Assembly (NCBI GenBank): GCA_964016885.1
Contig: OZ024741.1
Coordinates: forward strand, 410,564,001 to 410,628,000
Source: Eledone cirrhosa
Lineage: Eukaryota
Direction of reading: 5' to 3'
DNA: 64,000 bases
This document shows, piece by piece, positions 30,471-46,200 of the stretch (position 1 is the first letter of the stretch; every line of letters begins with the position of its first letter). The position numbers were made by a program, and so were the translations under genes. The notes under the pieces were generated by a model, which saw only the letters and a list, made by a program, of their open reading frames with translations, was not told the DNA's origin and searched no databases.

Positions 30471-33400
30471 ACTGTCTCTGAGGAACCTCTACTTCTGTAA
30501 ATTAAATAACCAGCAACAACTGTCTCAGACCAACCTCTACTTCTATAAATTAAATCACCAGCAACTACTACCTCTGAGCAACCTCTACTTCTGTAAAATA
30601 AATCACCAGCAACTAGTCTGTGAGGAGCCCCTACTTCTGTAAATTAAATCACCAGCAACTACTGTCTCTAAGCAACCTCCACCTCTTCTAATTAAATCAG
30701 TATCAACTACTGTCTCTGAGCAACCTCTACTTCTGTATATTAAATCACCAGCAACTACCGTCTCTGAGGAGCCTCTACTTCTGTAATTTAAATCACCGGC
30801 AACTACTGTCTCTAAGCAACCTATCCTTCTGTAAATTAAATCACCAGCAACAACTGTCTCTGAGCAACCTCTACTTCTGTATATTAAATCACCAGCAACT
30901 ACTGTCTCTGAGCAACATCAACTTCTGTAAATTAAATCACCAGCAACTACTGTCTCTGAGGAGCCTCTATTTCTGTAAATTAAATCACCATCAACTACTG
31001 TCTCTAAGCAACCTCCACCTCTACTAATTAAATCACCAGCAACTACTGTCACTGAGCAACCTCTACTTCTGTAAATTAAATCACCATCAACTACTGTCTC
31101 TAAGCAACCCGCAACTTTACTAATTAAATCACCAGTAACTACTGTCTCTGAGCAACCTCCACCTCTTCTAATTAAATCACCAGCAACTACTGTCTCTGAG
31201 GAGCCTCTACTTCTTTAAATTAAATCACCAGCAACTACTGTCTCTGAGGAGCCTCTACTTCTTTAAATTAAATCACCAGCAACTACTGTCTCTAAGCAAC
31301 CCCCAACTTTACTAATTAAATCACCAGTAACTACTGTCTCTGAGCAACCTCCACCTCTTCTAATTAAATCACCAGCAACTACTGTCTCTGAGGAGCCTCT
31401 ACTTCTTTAAATTAAATCACCAGCAACTACTGTCTCTGAGGAGCCTCTACTTCTTTAAATTAAATCACCAGCAACTACCGTCTCTGAGCAACCTCTACTT
31501 CTGTAAATTAAATCACCAGCAACTACTGTCTCTAAGCAAACTACACCTCTTCTAACGAAATCACCAGCAACTACTGTCTTTGAGCAACCTCAACTTCTGT
31601 AAATTAAATTACCAGCAACTACTGTCTCTGAGGAACCTCTACTTCTGTAAATTAAATCCCCAGCAACTACTGTCTCTGAGCAACCTCTACTTCTATGAAT
31701 TAAATCACCAGCAACTACTGCCTCTGAGCAACCTCTACTTCTGTAAATTAAATCACCAGCAACTAGTCTGTGAGGAGCCTCTACTTCTGTAAATTAAATC
31801 ACCAGCAACTACTGTCTCTAAGCAACCTGCACGTCTTCAAATTAAATCACCAGCAACTACTGTGTCTAAGCAAACTACACCTCTTTTAACGAAATCACCA
31901 GCAACTACTGTCTTTGAGCAACCTCTACTTCTGTAAAATAATTACCAGCAACTACTGTCTCTGAGCAACCTATACTTCTGTAAATTAAATCACCAGCAAC
32001 TACTGTCTCTAAGCAACTTCTACTTCTGTAAATTAAATCACCAGCATCTACTGCCTCTGAGCAACCTCTACTTCTGTAAATTAAATCACCAGCAACTAGT
32101 CTCTGTGGAGCCTCTACTTCTGTAAATTAAATCACCAGCAACTACTGTCTCTAAGCAACCTCCAACTCTACTAATTAAATCACCAGCAACTACTGTCTCT
32201 GAGCAACGTCTACTTCTGTAAATTAAATCACCAGCAACTACTGTCTCTGAGCAATCTCCACCTCTACTAATTAAATCACCAGCAACTACTGTCTCTCAGC
32301 AACCTCTACTTCTGTAAATTAAATCACCTGCAAATACTGTCTATAAGCAACCTACACCATTTCTAATTAAATCACCAGCAACTACTGTCTTTGACCAACC
32401 TCTACTTCTGTAAATTAAATCACCAGCAACTACTGTCTCTGAGGAGCCACTATTTCTGTAAATTAAATCACCAGCAACTACTGTCTCTGAGGAGCCTTTA
32501 TTTCTGTAAATTAAATCACCAGCAACTACTGTCTCTAAGCAACCTCCACCTCTACTAATTAAATCACCAGCAACTACTGTCTCTAAGCAACCTCCACCTC
32601 TACTAATTAAAATCACCAGCAACTACTGTCTCTGAGGAACCTCTACTTCTGTAAATTAAATCACCAGCAACTACTGTCTCTGAGCAACCTCTACTTCTGT
32701 AAATTAAATCACCAGCAACTAGTCTGTGAGGAGCCTTCTACTACTGTAAATTAAATCACCAGCAACTACTGTCTCTAAGCAACCTCCACCTCTTCTAATT
32801 AAATCAGCATCAACTACTGTCTCTGAGCAACCTCTACTCCTGTAAATTAAATCACCAGCAACTACCGTCTCTGAGGAGCCTCTACTTCTGTAATTTAAAT
32901 CACCGGCAACTACTGTCTCTAAGCAACCTATCCTTCTGTAAATTAAATCACCAGAAACTACTGTCTCTGAGCAACCTCTACTTCTGTGAATTATATCACC
33001 AGCAACTACTGTCTCTGAGCAACATCTACTTCTGTAAATTAAATCACAAGCAACTACTGTCTCTGAGGAGCCTCTATTTCTGTAAATTAAATCACCAGCA
33101 ACTACTGTCTTTAAGCAACCTCCACCTCTACTAATTAAATCACCAGCAACTACTTTCTCTGAGCAACCTCTACTTCTGTAAATTAAATCACCAGCAACTA
33201 CTGTCTCTAAGCAACCCCCAACTTTACTAATTAAATCACCAGTAACTACTGTCTCTAAGCAAGCTCCACCTCTTCTAATTAAATCACCAGCAACTACTGT
33301 CTCCGAGGAGCCTCTACTTCTTTAAATTAAATCACCAGCAACTACTGTCTCTGAGCAACCTCCACCTCTACTAATTAAATCACCAGCAACTACCGTCTCT

Positions 33401-34099
33401 GAGCAACCTCTACTTCTGTAAATTAAATCACCAGCAACTACTGTCTCTAAGCAAACTACACCTCTTCTAACGAAATCACCAGCAACTACTGTCTTTGAGC
33501 AACCTATACTTCTGTAAATTAAATCACCAGCAACTACTGTCTCTAAGCAACCTCTACTTCTGTAAATTAAATCACCAGCAACTACTGCCTTTAAGCAACC
33601 TCTAATTCTGTAAATTAAATCACCAGCAACTACTGCCTTTAAGCAACCTCTAGTTCTGTAAATTAAATCACCAGCAACTACTGTCTCTAAGCAACATCCA
33701 ACTCTACTAATTAAATCACCAGCAACTACTGTCTCTAAGCAACCTCCACGTCTTCAAATTAAATCACCAGCAACTACTGTCTCTAAGACACCTCCACCTC
33801 TTCTAATTAAATCAGCATCAACTACTGTCTCTGAGCAACCTCTCCTTCTGTAAATTAAATCACCAGCAACTACTGTCTCTGAGGAGCCTCTACTTCTGTA
33901 AATTAAATCACCGGCAACTACTGTCTCTAAGCAACCTATCCTTCTGTAAATTAAATCACCAGGAACTACTGTCTCTGAGCAACCTCTACTTCTGTATAAA
34001 TCACCAGCAACTACTGTCTCTGAGGACCCTCTATTTCTGTAAATTAAATCACCAGCAACTACTGTCTCTAAGCAACCTCCACCTCTACTAATTAAATCA

Positions 34100-37000
34100 C
34101 CAGCAACTACTGTCTCTGAGCAACCTCTATTTCTGTAAATTAAATCACCAGCAACTACTGTCTCTAAGCAACCTCCACCTTTACTAATTAAATCACCAGC
34201 AACCACTGTCTCTAAGCAAGCCCCCTCCTTTACTAATTAAATCACCAGCAACTACTGTCTCTAAGCAACCACCAACTTTACTAATTAAATCACCAGCATC
34301 TACTGTCTCTATGCAATCTCCACCTCTTCTAATTAAATCACCAGTAACTACTATCTCTGAGCAACCTCCACCTCTTCTAATTAAATCACCAGCGACTACT
34401 GTCTCTGAGGAGCCTCTACTTTTTTAAATTAAATCACCAGCAACTACTGTCTCTGAGCAACCTCCACCACTACTAATTAAATCACCAGCAACTACAGTCT
34501 CTGAGCAACCTCTACTTCTGTAAATTAAATCACCAGCAACTACTGTCTCTAAGCAAGCTACACCTCTTCTAACGAAATCACCAGCAACTACTGTCTTTGA
34601 GCAACCTCTACTTCTGTAAATTAAATTACCAGCAACTACTGTCTCTGAGCAACCTATACTTCTGTAAATTAAATCACCAGCAACTAATGTCTCTAAGCAA
34701 CCTCTACTTCTGTAAATTAAATCACCAGCAACTACTGCCTCTGAGCAACCTCTACTTCTGTAAATTAAATCACCAACAACTAGTCTCTGAGGAGCCTCTA
34801 CTTCTGTAAATTAAATCACCAGCAACTACTGTCTCTAAGCAACCTCCAACTCTACTAATTAAATCACCAGCAACTACTGTCTCTGAGCAACGTCTACTTC
34901 TGTAAATTGAATCACCAGCAACTACTGTCTCTGAGCAACCTACACCATTTCTAATTAAATCACCAGCAACTACTGTCTTTGACCAACCTCTACTTCTGTA
35001 AATTAAATTACAAGCAACTACTGTCTCTGACCAAACTCTACTTCTGTAAATTAAATCACCAGCAACTACTGTCTCTGAGGAGCCACTATTTCTGTAAATT
35101 AAATCACCAGCAACTACTGTCTCTGAGGAGCCTTTATTTCTGTAAATTAAATCACCAGCAACTACTGTCTCTAAGAAACCCCCAACTTTACTAATTAAAT
35201 CACCAGCAACTATTGTCTCTAAGCAACCTCCACCTCTACTAATTAAAATCACCAGCAACTACTGTCTCTGAGCAACCTCCACCTCTACTAATTAAATCAC
35301 CAGCAACTACTGTCTCTGAGGAACCTCTACTTCCGTAAATCAAATTACCAGCAACTACTGTCTCTGAGCAACCTCTACTTCTATAAATTAAATCACCAGC
35401 AACTACTGCCTCTGAGCAACCTCTACTTCTGTAAATTAAATCACCAGCAACTAGTCCGTGAGGTGCCTTCTACTTCTGTAAATTAAATCAGCAGCAACTA
35501 CTGTCTCTAAGCAACCTCCACGTCTTCAAATTAAATCACCAGCAACTACTGTCTCTAAGCAACCTCCACCTCTTCTAATTAAATCTGCATCAACTACTGT
35601 CTCTGAGCAACCTCTACTTCTGTAAATTAAATCACCAGCAACTACCCTCTCTGAGGAGCCTCTACTTCTGTAATTTAAATCACCGGCAACTACTGTCTCT
35701 AAGCAACCTATCCTTCTGTAAATTAAATCACCAGCAACTACTGTCTCTATGAAACCTCCACCTCTTATAATTAAGTCACCAGTAACTACTGTCTCTAAGC
35801 AACCTCCAACTCTACTAATTAAATCACCAGCAACTACTGTCTCTGAGCAACCTCTACTTCTGTAAATTAAATCACCAGCAACTACTGCCTCTAAGCAGCC
35901 TCCACTACTTCAATTTAAATAACCAGCAACTACTGTCTCTAAGCAACATCCACCTCTTATAATTAAATCACCAGCAATTACTGTCTCTGACCAACCTCTA
36001 CTTCTGTAAATTAAATCACTAGCAACTACTGTCTCTGAGCAACCTATACTTCTGTAAATTAAATCACCAACAACGACTGTCTCTGAGCAACCTCCACCTC
36101 TACTAATTAAGTAACCAGCAACTACTGTCTCTGAGCAACCTCTACTTCTGTAAATTAAATCACCAGCAACTACTGTCTCTGAGGAGCCTCTATTTCTGTA
36201 AATTAAATCACCATCAACTACTGTCTCTAAGCAACATCCACCTCTACTAATTAAATCACCAGCAACTACTGTCTCTGAGCAACCTCTATTTCTGTAAATT
36301 AAATCACCAGCAACTACTGTCTCTAAGCAACCTCCACCTTTACTAATTAAATCACCAGCAACCACTGTCTCTAAGCATGCCCCCTCCTTTACTAATTAAA
36401 TCACCAGCAACTACTGTCTCTAAGCAACCACCAACTTTACTAATTAAATCACCAGCATCTACTGTCTCTATGCAATCTCCACCTCTTCTAATTAAATCAC
36501 CAGTAACTACTATCTCTGAGCAACCTCCACCTCTTCTAATTAAATCACCAGCGACTACTGTCTCTGAGGAGCCTCTACTTTTTTAAATTAAATCACCAGC
36601 AACTACTGTCTCTGAGCAACCTCCACCACTACTAATTAAATCACCAGCAACTACCGTCTCTGAGCAACCTCTACTTCTGTAAATTAAATCACCAGCAACT
36701 ACTGTCTCTAAGCAAGCTACACCTCTTCTAACGAAATCACCAGCAACTACTGTCTTTGAGCAACCTCTACTTCTGTAAATTAAATTACCAGCAACTACTG
36801 TCTCTGAGCAACCTATACTTCTGTAAATTAAATCACCAGCAACTACTGTCTCTAAGCAACCTCTACTTCTGTAAATTAAATCACCAGCAACTACTGCCTC
36901 TGAGCAACCTCTACTTCTGTAAATTAAATCACCAGCAACTAGTCTCTGAGGAGCCTCTACTTCTGTAAATTAAATCACCAGCAACTACTGTCTCTAAGCA

Positions 37001-40000
37001 ACCTCCAACTCTACTAATTAAATCACCAGCAACTACTGTCTCTGAGCAACGTCTACTTCTGTAAATTGAATCACCAGCAACTACTGTCTCTGAGCAACCT
37101 CAACCCCTACTAATTAAATCACCAGCAACTACTGTCTCTCAGCAACCTCTACTTCTGTAAATTAAATCACCTGCAACTACTGTCTATAAGCAACCTACAC
37201 CATTTCTAATTAAATCACCAGCAACTACTGTCTTTGACCAACCTCTACTTCTGTAAATTAAATTACAAGCAACTACTGTCTCTGACCAAACTCTACTTCT
37301 GTAAATTAAATGACCAGCAACTACTGTCTCTGAGGAGCCACTATTTCTGTAAATTAAATCACCAGCAACTACTGTCTCTGAGGAGTCTGTATTTCTGTAA
37401 ATTAAATCACCAGCAACTACTGTCTCTAAGCAACCTCCACCTCTACTAATTAAATCACCAGCAACTACTGTCTCTAAGCAACCCCCACCTTTACTAATTA
37501 AATCACCAGCAACTACTGTCTCTGAGCAACCTCCACCTCTACTAATTAAATCACCAGCAACTACTGTCTCTCAGCAACCTCTACTTCTGTAAATTAAATC
37601 ACCTGCAAATACTGTCTATAAGCAACCTACACCATTCTAATTAAATCACCAGCAACTACTGTCTTTGACCAACCTCTACTTCTGTAAATTAAATCACCAG
37701 CAACTACTGTCTCTGAGGAGCCACTATTTCTGTAAATTAAATCACCAGCAACTACTGTCTCTGAGGAGCCTTTATTTCTGTAAATTAAATCACCAACAAC
37801 TACTGTCTCTAAGCAACCTCCACCTCTACTAATTAAATCACCAGCAACTACTGTCTCTAAGCAACCTCCACCTCTACTAATTAAAATCACCAGCAACTAC
37901 TGTCTCTGAGCAGCCTCCACCTCTACTAATTAAATCACCAGCAACTACTATCTCTGAGGAACCTCTACTTCTGTAAATTAAATCACCAGCAACTACTGTC
38001 TCTGAGCAACCTCTACTTCTGTAAATGAAATCACCAGCAACTAGTCTGTGAGGAGCCTTCTACTACTGTAAATTAAATCACCAGCAACTACTGTCTCTAA
38101 GCAACCTCCACCTCTTCTAATTAAATCAGCATCAACTACTGTCTCTGAGCAACCTCTACTCCTGTAAATTAAATCACCAGCAACTACCGTCTCTGGGGAG
38201 CCTCTACTTCTGTAATTTAAATCCCCGGCAACTACTGTCTCTAAGCAACCTATCCTTCTGTAAATTAAATCACCAGAAACTACTGTCTCTGAGCAACCTC
38301 TACTTCTGTGAATTATATCACCAGCAACTACTGTCTCTGAGCAACATCTACTTCTGTAAATTAAATCACAAGCAACTACTGTCTCTGAGGAGCCTCTATT
38401 TCTGTAAATTAAATCACCAGCAACTACTGTCTTTAAGCAACCTCCACCTCTACTAATTAAATCACCAGCAACTACTTTCTCTGAGCAACCTCTACTTCTG
38501 TAAATTAAGTCACCAGTAACTACTGTCTCTAAGCAACCTCCAACTCTACTAATTAAATCACCAGCAACTACTGTCTCTGAGCAACCTCTACTTCTGTAAA
38601 TTAAATCACCAGCAACTACTGCCTCTAAGCAGCCTCCACTACTTCAATTTAAATAACCAGCAACTACTGTCTCTAAGCAACATCCACCTCTTATAATTAA
38701 ATCACCAGCAATTACTGTCTCTGACCAACCTCTACTTCTGTAAATTAAATCACTAGCAACTACTGTCTCTGAGCAACCTATACTTCTGTAAATTAAATCA
38801 CCAACAACGACTGTCTCTGAGCAACCTCCACCTCTACTAATTAAGTAACCAGCAACTACTGTCTCTGAGCAACCTCTACTTCTGTAAATTAAATCACCAG
38901 CAACTACTGTCTCTGAGGAGCCTCTATTTCTGTAAATTAAATCACCATCAACTACTGTCTCTAAGCAACATCCACCTCTACTAATTAAATCACCAGCAAC
39001 TACTGTCTCTGAGCAACCTCTATTTCTGTAAATTAAATCACCAGCAACTACTGTCTCTAAGCAACCTCCACCTTTACTAATTAAATCACCAGCAACCACT
39101 GTCTCTAAGCATGCCCCCTCCTTTACTAATTAAATCACCAGCAACTACTGTCTCTAAGCAACCACCAACTTTACTAATTAAATCACCAGCATCTACTGTC
39201 TCTATGCAATCTCCACCTCTTCTAATTAAATCACCAGTAACTACTATCTCTGAGCAACCTCCACCTCTTCTAATTAAATCACCAGCGACTACTGTCTCTG
39301 AGGAGCCTCTACTTTTTTAAATTAAATCACCAGCAACTACTGTCTCTGAGCAACCTCCACCACTACTAATTAAATCACCAGCAACTACCGTCTCTGAGCA
39401 ACCTCTACTTCTGTAAATTAAATCACCAGCAACTACTGTCTCTAAGCAAGCTACACCTCTTCTAACGAAATCACCAGCAACTACTGTCTTTGAGCAACCT
39501 CTACTTCTGTAAATTAAATTACCAGCAACTACTGTCTCTGAGCAACCTATACTTCTGTAAATTAAATCACCAGCAACTACTGTCTCTAAGCAACCTCTAC
39601 TTCTGTAAATTAAATCACCAGCAACTACTGCCTCTGAGCAACCTCTACTTCTGTAAATTAAATCACCAGCAACTAGTCTCTGAGGAGCCTCTACTTCTGT
39701 AAATTAAATCACCAGCAACTACTGTCTCTAAGCAACCTCCAACTCTACTAATTAAATCACCAGCAACTACTGTCTCTGAGCAAAGTCTACTTCTGTAAAT
39801 TGAATCACCAGCAACTACTGTCTCTGAGCAACCTCCACCCCTACTAATTAAATCACCAGCAACTACTGTCTCTCAGCAACCTCTACTTCTGTAAATTAAA
39901 TCACCTGCAACTACTGTCTATAAGCAACCTACACCATTTCTAATTAAATCACCAGCAACTACTGTCTTTGACCAACCTCTACTTCTGTAAATTAAATTAC

Positions 40001-40200
40001 AAGCAACTACTGTCTCTGACCAAACTCTACTTCTGTAAATTAAATGACCAGCAACTACTGTCTCTGAGGAGCCACTATTTCTGTAAATTAAATCACCAGC
40101 AACTACTGTCTCTGAGGAGTCTGTATTTCTGTAAATTAAATCACCAGCAACTACTGTCTCTAAGCAACCTCCACCTCTACTAATTAAATCACCAGCAACT
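34100..40200. repeat. HOR domain, periods ~2159 and 2734 bp (45 and 57 monomers)
   Basis: Matching blocks at 35910/38644, 36377/39111, 36756/39490 and 37234/39968 (2734 apart), plus 34597/36756 (2159 apart). Boundaries approximate. Confidence 0.88.
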
Positions 40201-43200
40201 ACTGTCTCTAAGCAACCCCCCCCCCCTTTACTAATTAAATCACCAGCAACTACTGTCTCTGAGGAACCTCTACTTCCGTAAATCAAATTACCAGCAACTA
40301 CTGTCTCTGAGCAACCTCTACTTCTATAAATTAAATTACCAGCAACTACTGCCTCTGAGCAACCTCTGCTTCTGTAAATTAAATCACCAGCAACTAGTCT
40401 GTGAGGTGCCTTCTACTTCTGTAAATTAAATCAGCAGCAACTACTGTCTCTAAGCAACCTCCACGTCTTCAAATTAAATCACCAGCAACTACAGTCTCTA
40501 AGCAACCTCCACCTCTTCTAATTAAATCTGCATCAACTACTGTCTCTGAGCAACCTCTACTTCTGTAAATTAAATCACCAGCAACGACCCTCTCTGAGGA
40601 GCCTCTACATCTGTAATTTAAATCACCGGCAACTACTGTCTCTAAGCAACCTATCCTTCTGTAAATTAAATCACCAGCAACTACTGTCTCTAAGAAACCT
40701 CCACCTCTTATAATTGAGTCACCAGTAACTACTGTCTCTAAGCAACCTCCAACTCTACTAATTAAATCACCAGCAACTACTGTCTCTGAGCAACCTCTAC
40801 TTCTGTAAATTAAATCACCAGCAACTACTGCCTCTAAGCAGCCTCCACTACTTCAATTTAAATCACCAGCAACTACTGTCTCTAAGCAACATCCACCTCT
40901 TATAATTAAATCACCAGCAATTACTGTCTCTGACCAACCTCTACTTCTGTAAATTAAATCACTAGCAACTACTGTCTCTGAGCAACCTATACTTCTGTAA
41001 ATTAAATCACCAACAACTACTGTCTCTGAGCAACCTCCACCTCTACTAATTAAGTAACCAGCAACTACTGTCTCTGAGCAACCTCTACTTCTGTAAATTA
41101 AATCACCCGCAACTACTGTCTCTAAGCAACCTCCAACTCTACTAATTAAATCACCAGCAACTACTGTCTCTGAGCAACCTCTACTTCTGTAAATTAAATC
41201 ACCCGCAACTACTGTCTCTAAGCAACCTCCACCTCTTCTAATTAAATCACCAGCAACTACTGTCTCTGAGCAACCTCTACTTCTGTAAATTAAATCACCA
41301 GCAACTACTGTCTCTGAGGAGCCACTATTTCTGTAAATTAAATCACCAGCAACTACTGTCTCTGAGGAGCCTTTATTTCTGTAAATTAAATCACCAGCAA
41401 CTACTGTCTCTAAGCAACCTCCACCTCTACTAATTAAATCACCAGCAACTACTCTCTCTAAGCAACCCCCACCTTTACTAACTAAATCACCAGCAACTAC
41501 TGTCTCTAAGCAACCTCCACCTCTACTAATTAAATCACCAGCAACTACTGTCTCTGAGGAACCTCTACTTCTGTAAATTAAATCACCAGCAACAACTGTC
41601 TCAGAGCAACCTCTACTTCTATGAATTAAATCACCAGCAACTACTACCTCTGAGCAACCTCTACTTCTGTAAATTAAATCACCAGCAACTAGTCTGTGAG
41701 GAGCCTCTACTTCTGTAAATTAAATCACCAGCAACTACTGTCTCTAAGCAACCTCCACGTTTTCAAATTAAATCACCAGCAACTACTGTCTCTAAGCAAC
41801 CTCCACCTCTGCTAATTAAATCAGCATCAACTACTGTCTCTGAGCAACCTCTACATCTGTAAATTAAATCACCAGCAACTACTGTCTGTGAGGAGCCTCT
41901 ATTTCTGTAAATTAAATCACCAGCAACTACTGTCTCTAAGCAACATCCACCTCTACTAATTAAATCACCAGCAACTACAGTCTCTGAGCAACTTCTATTT
42001 CTGTAAATTAAATCACCAGCAACTACTGTCTCTAAGCAACCCCCAACTTTACTAATTAAATCACCAGCATCTACTGTCTCTGTGCAATCTCCACCTCTTC
42101 TAATTAAATCACCAGTAACTACTGTCTCTGAGCAACCTCCACCTCTTCTAATTAAATCACCAGCAACTACTGTCTCTGAGCAACCTCCACCTCTACTAAT
42201 TAAATCACCAGCAACTACCGTCTCTGAGCAACCTCTACTTCTGTAAATTAAATCACCAGCAACTACTGTCTCTAAGCAAACTACACCTCTTCTAACGAAA
42301 TCACCAGCAACTACTGTCTTTGAGCAACCTCTACTTCTGTAAATTAAAATTACCAGCAACTACTGTCTCTGAGCAACCTATACTCCTGTAAATTAAATCA
42401 CCAGCAACTACTGCCTCTGAGCAACCTCTACTTCTGTAAATTAAATCACCAGCAACTAGTCTCTGAGGAGCCTCTACGTCTGTAAATTAAATCACCAGCA
42501 ACTACTGTCTCTAAGTAACCCCCACCTTTACTAATTAAATCAAAAACAACCTAGTCTCTAAGCAAACTCCACCTCTACTAATTAAATCACCAGCAACTAC
42601 TGTCTCTAAGCAACCCCACCTTTACTAATTAAATCACCAGCAACTATTGTCTCTAAGCAACCTCCACCTCTACTAATTAAAATCACCAGCAACTACTGTC
42701 TCTGAGCAACCTCCACCTCTACTAATTAAATCACCAGCAACTACTGTCTCTGAGTAACCTCTACTTCCGTAAATCAAATTACCAGCAACTACTGTCTCTG
42801 AGCAACCTCTACTTCTATAAATTAAATCACCAGCAACTACTGCCTCTGAGCAACCTCTACTTCTGTAAATTAAATCACCAGCAACTAGTCTGTGAGGAGC
42901 CTTCTACTTCTGTAAATTAAATCACCAGCAACTACTGTCTCTAAGCAACCTCCACGTCTTCAAATTAAATCACCAGCAACTACTGTCTCTAAGCAACCTC
43001 CACCTCTTCTAATTAAATCGGCATCAACTACTGTCTCTGAGCAACCTCTACTTCTGTAAATTAAATCACCAGCAACTACTGTCTCTAAGAAACCTCCACC
43101 TCTTATAATTAAGTCACCAGTAACTACTGTCTCTAAGCAACCTCCAACTCTACTAATTAAATCACCAGCAACTACTGTCTCTGAGCAACCTCTACTTCTG

Positions 43201-46200
43201 TAAATTAAATCACCAGCAACTACTGCCTCTAAGCAGCATCCACCTCTCATAATTAAATCACCAGCAATTACTGTCTCTGACCAACCTCTACTTCTGTAAA
43301 TTAAATCACTAGCAACTACTGTCTCTGAGCAACATATACTTCTGTAAATTAAATCACCAACAACTACAGTCTCTGAGCAACCTCCACCTCTACTAATTAA
43401 GTAACCAGCAACTACTGTCTCTGAGCAACCTCTACTTCTGTAAATTAAATCACCCGCAACTACTGTCTCTAAGCAACCTCCAACTCTACTAATTAAATCA
43501 CCAGCAACTACTGTCTCTGAGCAACCTCTACTTCTGTAAATTAAATCACCCGCAACTACTGTCTCTAAGCAACCTCCACCTCTTCTAATTAAATCACCAG
43601 CAACTACTGTCTCTGAGCAACCTCTACTTCTGTAAATTAAATCACCAGCAACTACTGTCTCTGAGGAGCCACTATTTCTGTAAATTAAATCACCAGCAAC
43701 TAGTCTCTGAGGAGCCTTTATTTCTGTAAATTAAATCACCAGCAACTACTGTCTCTAAGCAACCTCCACCTCTACTAATTAAATCACCAGCAACTACTGT
43801 CTCTAAGCAACCCCCACCTTTACTAACTAAATCACCAGCAACTACTGTCTCTAAGCAACCTCCACCTCTACTAATTAAAATCACCAGCAACTACTGTCTC
43901 TGAGCAACCTCCACCTCTACTAATTAAATCACCAGCAACTACTGTCTCTGAGGAACCTCTACTTCTGTAAATTAAATCACCAGCAACAACTGTCTCAGAG
44001 CACCCTCTACCTCTATGAATTAAATCACCAGCAACTACTACCTCTGACCAACCTCTACTTCTGTAAATTAAATCACCAGCAACTAGTCTGTGAGGAGCCT
44101 CTACTTCTGTAAATTAAATCACCAGCAACTACTGTCTCTAAGCAACCTCCACGTCTTCAAATTAAATCACCAGCAACTACTGTCTCTAAGCAACCTCCAC
44201 CTCTTCTAATTAAATCAGCATCAACTACTGTCTCTGAGCAACCTCTACTTCTGTAAATTAAATCACCAGCAACTACTGTCTCTGAGGAGCCTCTACTTCT
44301 GTAAATTAAATCACCAGCAACTACTGTCTCTGAGCAACATCTACTTCTGTAAATTAAATCACCAGCAACTACTGTCTCTGAGGAGCCTCTATTTCTGTAA
44401 ATTAAATCACCATCAACTACTGTCTCTAAGCAACATCCACCTCTACTAATTAAATCAACAGCAACTACTGTCTCTGAGCAACCTCTGTTTCTGTAAATTA
44501 AATCACCAGCAACTACTGTCTCTAAGCAACCCCCAACTTTACTAATTCAATCACCAGCATCTACTGTCTCTGTGCAATCTCCACCTCTTCTAATTAAATC
44601 ACCAGTAACTACTGTCTCTGAGCAACCTCCACCTCTTCTAATTAAATCACCAGCAACTACTGTCTCTGAGGAGCCTCTACTTCTTTAAATTAAATCACCA
44701 GCAACTACTGTCTTTGAGCAACCTCCACCTCTACTAATTAAATCACCAGCAACTACCGTCTCTGAGCAACCTCTACTTCTGTAAATTAAATCACCAGCAA
44801 CTACTGTCTCTAAGCAAACTACACCTCTTCTAACGAAATCACCAGCAACTACTGTCTTTGAGCAACCTCTACTTCTGTAAATTAAAATTACCAGCAACTA
44901 CTGTCTCTGAGCAACCTATACTTCTGTAAATTAAATCACCAGCAACTACTGTCTCTAACCAACCTCTACTTCTGTAAATTAAATCACCAGCAACTACTGC
45001 CTCTGAGCAACCTCTACTTCTGTAAATTATATCACCAGCAACTAGTCTCTGAGGAGCCTCTACTTCTGTAAATTAAATCACCAGCAACTACTGTCTCTAA
45101 GCAACCTCCAACTCTACTAATTAAATCACCAGCAACTACTGTCTCTGAGCAACCTCTACTTCTGTAAATTAAATCACCATCAACTACTGTCTCTGAGCAA
45201 CCTCCTACTCTACTAATTAAATCACCAGCAACTACTGTCTCTGAGCAACCTCTACTTCTGTAAAGTAAATCACCCGCAACAACTGTCTCTAAGCAACCTA
45301 CACCTCTTCTAATTAAATCACCAGCAACTACTGTCTTTGACCAACCTCTACTTCTGTAAATTAAATTACCAGCAACTACTGTCTCTGAGCAAACTCTACT
45401 TCTGTAAATTAAATCACCAGCAACTACTGTCTCTGAGGAGCCACTATTTCTGTAAATTAAATCACCAGCAACTACTGTCTCTGGGGAGCCTTTATTTCTG
45501 TAAATTAAATCACCAGCAACTACTGTCTGTAAGCAACCTCCACCTCTACTAATTACATCACCAGCAACTACTGTCTCTAAGCAACCCCCACCTTTACTAA
45601 TTAAATCACCAGCAACTACTGTCTCTAAGCAACCTCCACCTCTACTAATTAAAATCACCAGCAACTACTGTCTCTGAGCAGCCTCCATCTCTACTAATTA
45701 AATCACCAGCAACTACTGTCTCTGAGCAACCTCTACTTCTGTAAATTAAATCACCAGCAACTACTGTCTCTGAGCAACCTATACTTCTGTAAATTAAATC
45801 ACCAGCAACTACTGTCTCTAAGCAACCTCTACTTCTGTAAATTAAATCACCAGCAACTAGTCTCTGAGGAGCCTCTACTTCTGTAAATTAAATCACCAGC
45901 AACTACTGTCTCTAAGCAACCTCTACTTCTGTAAATTAAATCACTAGAAACTACTGTCTCTGAGGAACCTCTACTTCTGTAAATTAACTCACCAGCAACT
46001 ACTGTCTCTGAGGACCCTCTATTTCTGTAAATTAAATCACCAGCAACTACTGTCTCTGAGGAGCCTTTATTTCTGTAAATTAAATTACCAGCAACTACTG
46101 TCTCTAAGCAACCTCCACCTCTACTAATTAAATCACCAGCAACTACCGTCTCTAAGCAACCTCCACCTTTTCTAAATAAATCACCAGCAACCACTGTCTC

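Noticed and set aside
40210-40230. Poly-C expansion within one monomer
   Set aside because: An isolated homopolymer lengthening, explained equally well by slippage or sequencing error.
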